Positions 22,273 through 32,747 of a stretch of 32,863 bases of DNA are shown here, piece by piece (the stretch's first letter is position 1; every line of letters starts with the position of its first letter). The stretch is taken from the NCBI GenBank assembly GCA_020536535.1, contig JAHLWZ010000988.1:1-32863 (forward strand), written 5' to 3'. Position numbers and translations under genes: made by a program. The notes below the pieces were generated by a model. That model was not told the DNA's origin. It did not search any database and saw only the letters and a program-made list of their open reading frames with translations. This DNA is from Pelomyxa schiedti (lineage: Eukaryota; Protista; Evosea).

Positions 22273-25200
22273 ATGCCGCAGGTGGCGCTGGACCCCCGTG
22301 GGAAACTTGTGCCCATACTGGAGAAGATTTTTTGGGGTGGGGGCGACGACAGCACGAGGCTCGGGCGCACACTCGCGCAATCACCCACGAGCGAGTCCTG
22401 GATGCTCGCGACGGCGAAGCGACTGTTGGACGTGAAAACGAAAGTGACTTCTGCCCGTCAGTGGATAAAAGAAGACGCTTGCGACAGCCTGACAATAGCC
22501 AACTTCTTTAACGACGAGCCGGGCTACTTACACAAATTATGGGCTAAAGGCCCGTACTACAAATACCGAAAAACAAGGGAAGGTTTGATTCAGGTTCTAT
22601 TGGCTCTGATGTACCTTATCAAGGTTTGTTAGTGCATTTTTCAATCCCTATCTTACTCTTTTTTGTATAGGAAAAATCAAAAAACATTGGGAAGGGGAAA
22701 GACCCTGAGGACTCAACGGGGGAGTCAACAGAGGAGGAAGCTGAAGGTGAAGGGGAAGAGGAAGGGGAAGGGGAAGGGGAAGGGGAAGGGGGAAACCAAG
22801 CAGCGTCTAGTTCGTCAGGCGACTCTAAGGAGGAAGTCTCCAACTGGCGTGGTGAAGGCGAACAAATGCAAGACTCTAATAAACAAGATCGCCCCCTGAA
22901 ATACTTCATCCCCAACTGGGAATATACTGTTCAGAATCCAGCATACAAAAATTTTCCCGTCAGGCAGAAAACGGTGAGTAGGTTTGGTGCTCCCAGTCCG
23001 ATGAAAGACCCTGGAGTATGGCGATCCCCAGACATGGACGATTGTGTGAAACGTGGTAGGGAGCAAGCAGAATCTAAGACTATAAATGGTGTATGGGGGA
23101 ATGAGGACAAAGCTGCTGTGGCTGAGGTAGCAAAGCAATTAAATGCGGAGTACTGTCGAATCGACTTTCGTGAATTGGATAACAAGACAGGTAGTTGCTA
23201 TTGTGTCTTTGCTCCAACTTATGTCCAAACAGAGGAAGCCCGTTTGGCTCTTTTTACAGAGCACTACAATAGGCATAAGGATTTCCGCGAATCTGAAAAT
23301 ATGAAGTTTTTACTGCATGTGGAAAACTTGAATGTTAGTGTTTCTCCTTCTTCCACTTATCCTGACATATTAAATCCTAAGGGCTCTCCAAACCTGGTTG
23401 CAGTGTGGAAGTATGTTGACCATCCAAACTTTGTTATTCCCAAGTTTATTTTCTTTGTACACACAGCTTTTTGAGGCACAAAACATGTGACGCAGTAGTC
23501 TATGTTTCAGGTCGAGATTCCTCCATCATTAAGAAGCCAGGCATTGACCTGGAGTTCCACCACTCGTGCTTGGTGTGTTTCTTTGATTTTTTTGTATGAA
23601 ACTGAGCAAAAAACATACAGAAGCCCAAATTGACCTTTGCCATGGTGTATGAGACGTTACAATACTACTTTGGGGACTCCTCAATTCTATTTAACAAATC
23701 AGTATCCGAGATGGAAAAAGTTGGTTCCTTTTTGTGTCTCATAAATTTTATTCACTGTGCCTTGAGGTTGCCAAGCGGTTGGTAGGCCCACGGAGCATTA
23801 CTGTGTCCTTCTTGCAACAGTTGCGTCACCCTCACCTCCCTACGTCCCTTCTAACCTTTCCCAATACACAGTGTTTATGATGCATACGTGAATGGTACCT
23901 TCACTTCCGTGGGGGATTATGTGAAGATAGCCCACTCCAACCTTCAAGCAAAGTAGTTCCATCTTCTCTTTTTTTTTTCACTAGAGGATTAATGTATGTG
24001 CCTTTGATGGTATTATCTCATGCTTAGGTTCAAGGCCAATGGTCCATCTGTCCGGCTTCATAAATTTCTGTCTAACTGGAGGAGGATCCTCTTCTGCTGG
24101 AGGAGGAACAAAGCACTCCTTGTCGAGCATGGTATGACGAAGCTCTTTATACCAGATACAGCATCAGGTTTACTTCCTTGCTCCTCTCATCCAATACCCT
24201 AATGATTATATTAGAATATCATAAAATCATGAAAAACGCTTCTGAGCTAAATACACTTGGGTTAATGGAAGTTTTACCTCTCAAGTCTGCTTGCTTGATA
24301 GCGCCTCCAGACCCCTGGTTAATGGACCTATTAAATCCTGAGGACATTCACTTCATGGTTCCCGAGCTGCGGGCCCAGTGTAGCATAAAACCTGGTACAA
24401 AGGGGTTCACCTTTGAACAAAGCGTAATGATTGAATTCTCGAAGCCCCTCTCATTGCTCCTGATGAGAATATTCTCTAATCTCCCGTACTACATGGACAC
24501 CGGTATGTGGGTAAATGAAGCAATTCATTAACCAACTCCATAGATCTGCACCAGTTCTGGATTCCGTTTGTGTCTCTAAAGGAAATAACAAAGGAGTTCT
24601 TGGCAGACTTGAAGGTAGTGGCGTGGTGCAGAGACGGTATGGGAAGGGATACCCACAAAGTTGATATTAGATTCCTAGCTATTCGCACACCAGGTAAAAC
24701 CAAGAAACAAACTTCTTTCAATGTCAACATTCACACACAGATGGGGATAATAAACTTCCACTCTACATGCCTGGTGTGTTACACCTACTTGTTGGCAACA
24801 ACTAACAGTCAATAATATTCACAGTCGACATACAGGCAACGTGTATGTTTGATAGCCCTGTAGACAAAGGCACGGAGTTCTTCTGTCACTGCTGCCAACG
24901 AAACGAAGATGGTACAGCTTTTTTACTGGTAGTTTTTTGTTTTAACACTTTGTAAAATTGAGGTATTTTCGTCTTCGTCGCTCATAACAGATTTGAACTT
25001 GATGCCACTCTCCGTTCGTTTGTGGAATCTACAACAGGAGTGCCCCCCTGTGTAAGCAAATCCAAGATTTAGGCCCTGTTTTTCACCCAAATAAGATGAG
25101 CAAGGATCCCAATATCAAGCAAGGCCTTTACCGGAAGTATATAATCATTTGTGGCGCCGAAGCATTTATTTCGTGTACATGCATTCCTGATTTATTCTGT

Positions 25201-25716
25201 CCCACGACAGGATTGGCAATGCCAACTACCACGACACAATCTCATGAGGAGTTGTTAGAGGATGGTAAGCTGCAACACTTGTGATTTTCCAAACTTGTTG
25301 GCTCCACACTAACACTTTGTAGAAGTCAACCGCAACTTTCAGGCCCTTTCCAGAAAGCTAGATCATGACGAGGAAGCCATATTGCTGTCTCTGAAGCATA
25401 TTGTATGGCGTGAAGGGTTACTATGCGGTGTAGAAACATTTGATCGAGAGTCCGCCCTATCTGTTCTACATAAGGCTCTGTCCTTCAGTTTCGACGACCA
25501 GGTTTGGGTGTCCCAATTCCCACTTTCCCACCAACATTCCAACAGAGGACCCGGGTTCTCGACCTCCTGGGTGAAGCTGACTTGGAGGAGATTTCCATTT
25601 TGTCCACACTGCCCTGCACTACAGAGGTAACCCTCGAGTTATCCCGTGTTACAGCCGTTGACCCCCGCACTGCTGTGCAACGAATTGGTTCAATGTACTC
25701 CACTGAAATGCTGTAA
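22273..25716 (+). CDS. Uncharacterised multi-exon protein, paralogue A of a tandem pair (degenerate AAA+-like motifs suspected)
   Basis: Exon 1 22273-22623 (117 aa), intron 22624-22670, an acidic Glu/Gly exon, then ORF pieces 22866-, 24020-, 24178-, 24570-, 25096-, 25382- and a last exon ending ...IGSMYSTEML TAA at 25716. Colinear similarity to paralogue B along its length supports the model; several internal exon boundaries are unresolved. Confidence 0.72.
22743..22792 (+). repeat. (GAAGGG)n hexamer run encoding Glu-Gly repeats
   Basis: gaaggtgaaggggaagaggaaggggaaggggaaggggaaggggaaggggg; translates as EGEGEEEGEGEGEGEGG. Confidence 0.9.
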
Positions 25717-25968
25717 ACGGAACAGCCCTGACAAACCCCAAAAACTCCCACAAGTTGCACTATGCACTGCGGCCCCCACAAACAAAAAAAAGCACCCAAA
25801 ACAACTGTGTCTGTGGACACACTCTCGTGGCAAATGTTTTCCCTTACGAACAACTTGTCAACAATTTCGGTTTTTTCTTTTTTGTTCAGATTGAAAATAA
25901 AAGGTCTTGTGCGGAACGAACGACAACTAAAAGGAGATCTCACCATAATACGGTCATAGTGCGGTCTT

Positions 25969-26058
25969 GCGTAGTTGGAACGGTGACGACCAATGGTGAT
26001 GGTGTTAGAGACAACAGCAGAAACGGCAGAGGAAACAACATTAACAGCGCACGAGTTG
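25969..26058 (+). repeat. Dispersed direct repeat, copy 2 (fragment of chromodomain-gene coding sequence between paralogues A and B)
   Basis: gcgtagttggaacggtgacgaccaatggtgatgg...acgagttg versus 11211-11306; same reading frame in ORF 25755-26231 (CVVGTVTTNGDGVRDNSRNGRGNNINSARV vs GVVETVMTNGDGAIDNSSNRNGRGSNSNSVRV). Confidence 0.9.
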
Positions 26059-27195
26059 CGGCAGAGCGCCAGTGCGGAGTTCTGGTGAGGGTTGGGGGAA
26101 TCAATGCCGGGACCAGGGGTCACCTTGTGACCGAGAAGGCTTCGTTCATTAGAATACTCGCCAACGCTGTATGGAATCCCCGTTTGTTAGCTTCGTGCTT
26201 ACATCCTCTTTTGCCACTTCGCAAACAATGACAGCAATCAGCAATCAGTATTGAACAGGTAACTCTCTTATTGTTTGATTCCATTCCCCTCATTTGCTCC
26301 ACATGCTCCTTTTCATGGACTGTCATACAGAACTCTGAAAGTTTAATACTAAACAGTGATCTTGAAATAGTTCCTCTTCTGAATTGTGTAGGTAGAGCAC
26401 AAAGGCTACAGCATTAACACATTTCCAGGTTACCATTATTTTTAATCCTCTACCCAATCAGTATTATTGGCAAGTGGGTTATATTGCTCCATGGTATTTT
26501 GTTTGCTTTCACAGTCATTATTTTCATCCAAATTCAGTGCCCTTTTCATCAAATGAACTACTTGAAGCCGTTCATTTCATGGCCAATTATAAAAAATGCG
26601 AAGGTTGAAAATATTGGCTGTTCGACCTCATACTCTAGTTCCGGACTTTATGGTGGATTGTGGTATTCACTTGGTCGTGAATAGATGCCTTTATAACTAT
26701 TTCTACAGAGTGGAAACTTCACGGACCTTTAAGATAATTCAGATGACTTGGTGTGTTTTCCTTGCTTTAACATGCTGACTTGGTGTAGGAGGGGCCAATG
26801 TGCAAATTCCCGTCACATCAAATGAACCTGTAAGTGACGACATCTCGATGCGAACCTATGTGACATTCATAACCACGCCTCTTCAGAACACAGCCCCATT
26901 GAATTCCTGTAACACATCAAACAACAAAATTTGAAAACCAAGTTGGTATTTCGCTCTACGATCGTTTTTCAGTGAACTCCGTTTGAAACAAAACAAAAAA
27001 ACCCGAAGTGCCACGGGACTGAGGCGGTGTTCCGGTTCTACGACACTGACGCAATCACTTGCATGTCGACACAAGGCAAAACCAACATGCGGATACTGTT
27101 GTGGTGCCGGTTTTTGATCCCGCACGGGGATCCCGGCTCAGATCTGGGTCACCGATCTGAATTCCGGTGGTGGTGCCTATTGCTCGACATACGCA

Positions 27196-30066
27196 ATGAG
27201 CATCCGCGCCTTCAACGACACCAACACCCTTATCGGACCCCTAGAGAGGATCTACCTCGGTGGACCGGCAGTTGATGAGCCTAAGGTATCGTCTCTGGAG
27301 CAGTATATTTGCCCGCATGTCGACGTGAAAGACTTTCTGTCCGACTCAGCGAAGACAGTCTCGCTTTCTTCAGCTGGTCGAATGAGGAAAACCACATCAG
27401 ACATTATCGGCCTTCCAGCCAACCAGACAATTGTAAGGCGGATTAAAGACTTTCTTTCGGGCAAGGCTTACACCAAGATGTTATGGAGAGGGAACCCTTA
27501 CCCCGGCTTGAGCCAAGTTGGGCAAGTTATTATTGCTTTGGCCATACTGTACAAAGTGGTTTTTGCGTTTGTAAATATTCCCTACAAATAACCTTGTCCT
27601 AGGAACTTAAAATAAAGGCAAATGAAAGCAAGCCATCTGTTGTTGAAGCACCTGCCGATATTAGACCGTTGCAGTACCTGAAGGCCGAACAAGTGGCCAA
27701 AGCAATACAGACCAAAGAGGAACAACCTGTTTATTATATTTGTGTGGAAGAACCTTCTGATTTTGCGAATCAAGTTGCTGGCCTTCTAAAACGGGAAATG
27801 TGCCCCATTGAATGGGATGATCTTCTTATAGTGCATCGTATGTTAGAAGTTTGGAAGATATTCATTAAAAGAAATTACCAGATTCCGATTCCTGGAAGGA
27901 ATTCCAAGAAAAAACCTTGACAAGCAAAATACTATTGCATGTCATTGGACTTGCCGTGAGTTATGTTGTGGTTTTATCTTACCTAACACTAAAAAGGAAG
28001 GACCAGAAATTAATGCAGTCCTCATGTATCATCTTTCTTTCTTTTGGTTTCTTGTTAATCTGTTTATTTTTCCCTCTCTTGGGTTCTTACTTATCTTGGC
28101 TCACAGGCTCTTGATTAAGTTTTTTAAAAGCGTTCCAATACTGGCATCTGGTCAGGATGACATGGTCATCTCTAAAATCGACAAAATACCACTCGAGCTT
28201 TACTTAGTAAGCTCTGTTTTCGCCTCACCAGAGCTAAAAGAAAAAAGGATGAAGACATGTCATATGGTGCGATTTTGGACAGACTGTACCTTTTCAGGGA
28301 CTTATTTCAACCACCAGTTCTATCAAGTCGCGCCTTTCAAGAAGTGTGATGATAAGCTAATACTCCTGTTGTTGTTGCTTACCTTGGAAAAGGTAGCAAC
28401 GAAATTGACTGGTTATCGGTGCCTAGCTCGTGATTTTTTTAGAAAGTTCGTTCTCCATTTGCTAAGCAATAATTTAACCCAAGAATACCAGAATCTGTAT
28501 TGATCAGGGGAAAGGAAAATTGAAACCTCTTCAGCACTATGTTGAATGCACCTATCACACTCTGCAAGAGAGGTTACCTGAACCACTTATGTTACTGTAC
28601 CTAACGCAATCAGATATGACAATTTAAAGGGATCATTGAATTCAGATACAGGTCTCTCCACAAAATTCATTCCGTTTTGGAAATCTATCGTCTTCAACCA
28701 AGCAGACAATATCATCTTTAAAGAAGGGCTAGTTTTTGCGATGATCTCTCGATCGTCAGACGGTCTTGCAATATTCTTTTTAATTCCGTACTTAGTTCTC
28801 TTCAGCTTATCGCCGTGTGTTGAAGCACGCAAGGGAACTTAACCTTTTGAAAATTTCCAGAGTAGTGCCAACAGAAGATGGGGTCATCATATCCGCGCCC
28901 TCTCCGTGGCTGGAGAAACTGTTCGACCCACGCAGTCCTAACGTTATAATTCCACACTTGCGGGTCATGTCTAGTAGGTTACGTGACGCTTTCTCCATTG
29001 GTATTCTGCGCAATGTGCTTACCCCCTGGTCTGAGTTTTACTTGGACTTGTTTGGGAATTCCTTTGAGTACTGGGGCACAAGTACTTTCCCTTATTTTCA
29101 AAATGCACTCACTGTGAAACAGGATCTATCAACATCAACACAACAGAATCGACAATAATGATAGAACTAACCATCCGAAGAACAAGTAAAAGCGTTGCAT
29201 ACCATTCTACACTTTATTCACTCGTTGACAGATGCAAGCAGCGGGAGTGGAACCCTTTTTCCCTGTGTGGTTTTCCTCTTACCTGCTTAGAAGTAACACA
29301 AACAGGTTCCGTGATAGTGGCACAGCATTGCACATGTGCCTGGGCATTACAAGTGATTTCAACCTATCAAACCACAGAAGGTTTGTTTTCACAATTCTCA
29401 ACTGAAATTTCTGGACTTATGATACCAAAAGGGTTCGTTGTGATGGTGACAGGCAGTAGTTTATGCGAAGATGAGGGGCTGAAAATCTACTCCATAACAG
29501 CTCTGCGAACTGTGGTTTGCATTTCCTGTGGTTTTCATTGTTAACCACTTTTATAGGTCCCCAATCCTGAGGCCTCCTCTCCCAAGGAAGGCAGGATATT
29601 TATCTTTGATCGAATTGAAGAAATGTACGCCCCTTTGCCAACCCCCGAGGAAGTCTTCCGGCCAGACCCAGGTATGAACAGCCTGCAACAAACGTTCGTT
29701 ACTAATAGCTATCCTGAAGCTAAGGCAAGCTTCCAGACTCTTATTCAAGTCCTAAGCACAAATGCTGACAAAGAGCTGCTGGCTAGTTTGCAATCGTTGA
29801 TATTCAGCACTGCAGAGCTCTCCGACATCTTGAGGTCCGTCCCAATGACCGAGGCGGGAGCCAGGCGTCTCCTGGAGCTTGCCAAAAACCGCAGTTGCCC
29901 ACACCAGAAGCAAAGAATGCGGACATTGCTACAAGGGGACGATGCCTCACTTTCCACTTTGGAAGAGCTGCCTATGACTCCTGAAATCGCACTCTCCCTC
30001 TGTTTAGTGAAGAGTGCCCCGGTGGCGGTACGCGTTGTTGCCAAGCTAGCCTCCAAAAAGTATTAA
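27196..30066 (+). CDS. Uncharacterised multi-exon protein, paralogue B of the tandem pair
   Basis: Exon 1 27196-27555 (120 aa) ends in phase 0 at the same position as in paralogue A. ORF pieces 27669-, 27917-, 28024-, 28636-, 28817-, 29158- and last exon ~29557-30066 (..KLASKKY TAA). Confidence 0.72.
29514..29634 (+). repeat. Inverted repeat arm 1 (intron plus start of the last exon of paralogue B)
   Basis: Exact reverse complement of 32743-32863 (121/121 bp). Confidence 0.97.
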
Positions 30067-30280
30067 TGCCGAAATCCTTTGATGTCAAAACATCAAATTT
30101 TTTTTTTCTGTTTGGATTTCGTGTGTGGAGGGGGATGGTGGGGGACTGGGGGTTGACGTGTCAGATATTAATCGAGGCAACTGAGCCTCAGTAGAGCAGA
30201 ATCATTTCATGTGTTGCCTTCTTGAGCTTACTTGAATACAGCAATAGCTTCATCCACAGCACAAAGCTACCCAACCATGC

Positions 30281-32135
30281 ATGCTTACAACCATCATACC
30301 AATGTTTCACATCAGCACGCCAATGCTAATTCTGCCTCCCGTGTGTAGTGGTTTCCTTGATTGGCCCAGTACAGCAAAGGTCATAGGTTGCCCTTCAAGT
30401 ATGGAGCAAGGTACACCATTCCCTCAGATGTGGATCAACATGCCCCGGAATTTTGATCTCTTCGCTATGTTACTCTGGCTTCCAGATTATGGATGGTTTT
30501 CAGGTGTGCCTGCATATTCATCAGGAGACGGTACAATAGCAAAAGGAATCTATCACTCAGGAATTCAGTTCTTACTGGTCCTTGGTTTTCAGCTGTAAGA
30601 GTCATCAAAGAACCAGTATTTGCAAGACTGTCTCTATTTGTATACTTACTGTACAACAGGCCCAATTTGATAGTGATAGACCAAGCAATTATATTGGTAT
30701 AAGTAAATTTTTAGCCATATTGAGCGAGTGAATATGATGACACCCTTATAGATGGACATTTTAAAGAAAACCCCACTGAACATCAATAGAAAGGTAAGGA
30801 GTGGCTCATCCATAGAATTTGAATCATTACTCTACTTGGAACCTTCCGTTGTCTATGAGCGCTAACACAATAAAATAAAAAATATTCCTGTTGTCATCTA
30901 AGTGACAAGCAGCACTGCACATTCCTCCATTCAAGAACTTCAAGGTCCACATAGCACGGCCTTGGTGAGAATATCTGAAAATTGTAGCAGGAACAATACG
31001 CATTCTCATTCTTACTGCCACCGGAGAGATACTTTCGCCTTTACCTCCACATAAGACTATCAGGGATGCTGCAGCAAAGGTGAGCCCTCCAATCCTTCAT
31101 TCTTCTCCAATTGTGACTTCCGCAGTGGTTGAACGTTATCGGCCAACTCCAGTTGAAAGTCATTTCACTATGATGCTGGTGGAGGGAATACCCTTTGTAG
31201 ATGTAGTTCCAATTATGGCAAGTGGGTACTGTGGTTTTCCTGTTCGCGCCATAGAAGGTTTCCTAATTCAATTCCTATTTATGGTTTGACTGGTCCATAG
31301 GATTTCATGCAAGAAATTCAAGAGGAACTTAGCACTGCCTCTGCTTATAACGGAGGAGAGGGCTCAAGCAAAACTCAAAAAAGTTTCAAGTGGATGGACC
31401 TCTCTTTTCTTTCACATGAAAATAGGAGGCAGAGTAGCCACGACCTCAAGACTAGTATGTTGCGAGAAATTCACTCAGTACTTTGCTCTTTAGGGCTCCC
31501 TTTTTTATCGTGTTCTTTCTCAGTTGAACTCTGAAGTGACAAGCATGCAATCGGCGTTGGAATCTTTCAGCCAGACAGTATTCCTATCCTTTTTTTTATC
31601 AACTCTAATTGTCCCTTGCAGATAATTTCCAACTCAAGTCGTTCGGTAACTGTATTTCCATCACAGTCTAACCCGTGCTGGAGATACCTGTGCAAGAATC
31701 ACACGAAACCAATTATTGGGGTCACCAAAATGCACTGTGATATTTAGAAATTGTTGTTTTCGTAAGTCTTTCTTCATGTTTTTTTAACACTTACTGTCCT
31801 ACACATACTACGGAACAGTATGGCGCTCAAACTGTGCTGGACATCCTTTCCACAATGTTTGCACTATTTCCTGTTGAAACACTTTCCATAAGTTCTGAGA
31901 GAACAATACAGGCATCATTTATTGGTTATCCCAACTCTGAAATGAAAGGAGGGACTTTCCACGCAATAGCGGAGATTTTAGCAGATTTATATCTTCTGAT
32001 CTTATCCAGCAATGTGCATTCATATTGGTATAAGCTATCCCCCCTTAGGACAATGTATTTACCTTCTCTTGCAGCTTCAGTTCACTAGCTCTGGGGAACC
32101 CAATGCAGTATGGGAATGAGGAAGTTGACTTGTAG
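30281..32135 (+). CDS. Probable multi-exon gene of unknown function (5' end uncertain; could be a fragment)
   Basis: Series of plus-strand ORF pieces (31080-, 31307-, 31834-) flanked by GT/AG signals; spliced end ...KLSPLRTIFSSLALGNPMQYGNEEVDL TAG (32133-32135). No recognisable motif and no clear GC-rich first exon. Confidence 0.4.
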
Positions 32136-32533
32136 ATCCCAGTAATGCAACATAATAAACTCTTTTCTGTGGCCAGAGGGTCCTGTTCTGTACATTCTTT
32201 CTTGTGAGACCTGCTCCACAATGCACATAGACAGTCGTGTGACACTAATCCCCAGTGAGTGTCAGCTGTGAAGAGCTAGCCAAATAACGGAAAACACATC
32301 ACACAACAAATTTAATGAGGGGATTCCCATAAGTACTACACTGCAGTTTTTATCACCCAAAACAGGCAATCGCAACACCCAAAAAACGGGAACGCCCCCA
32401 ATACAGTTCAACACATTACATCCAGTAGAAGTAAGACCACATCTTTGGCATTTGAAAAATGTTAAATGAGATTGAACCTATATTTGGAGTAAAAAAGGGG
32501 AAGAAGAAAAAAAAACTTTTTGCCAGAAAAACT

Positions 32534-32558
32534 ACACATACAGGGAGGAACAGAGGGG
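32534..32558 (+). repeat. 25-bp direct repeat, copy 1
   Basis: ACACATACAGGGAGGAACAGAGGGG, identical to 32723-32747. Confidence 0.95.
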
Positions 32559-32722
32559 AAAACGGACGGAAAACTGCGTCCGAGACGGAAGCCTTCCTCC
32601 TGGGTTGGAAAGGACTTTGCATGAGGTTGAGAGGGACGCAGCCAAAGGATGAAGAAAGCTCTTAGCAGGGGATGGAAATGGAAAACAGTCGCCGAGCACA
32701 AGCCACAGGTACATGGTCATTG

Positions 32723-32747
32723 ACACATACAGGGAGGAACAGAGGGG
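32723..32747 (+). repeat. 25-bp direct repeat, copy 2, overlapping the inverted-duplication junction by AGGGG
   Basis: Identical to 32534-32558; its last 5 bp are also the first 5 bp of the inverted arm 32743-32863. Confidence 0.95.

Noticed and set aside
21531-22495. Spliced minus-strand gene overlapping the 5' end of paralogue A (..WVDADSK|LVFAEITYIGGHDYIDLG..)
   Set aside because: A plausible 32-nt intron exists, but that frame has no in-frame ATG and the downstream exons do not chain convincingly.
25485-26123. 212-aa minus-strand ORF, and a Cys-rich CPHC/CC stretch suggesting a KDZ/CxC transposase
   Set aside because: The ORF is antisense to the last exon of paralogue A. The Cys-rich peptide comes from a frame not used once the 25501 intron is spliced, and no transposase catalytic motifs are seen.
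30200-31021. Minus-strand multi-exon gene in the region after paralogue B
   Set aside because: There are some GTAAG donors on the minus strand, but no consistent open spliced frame was found; plus-strand signals fit better.
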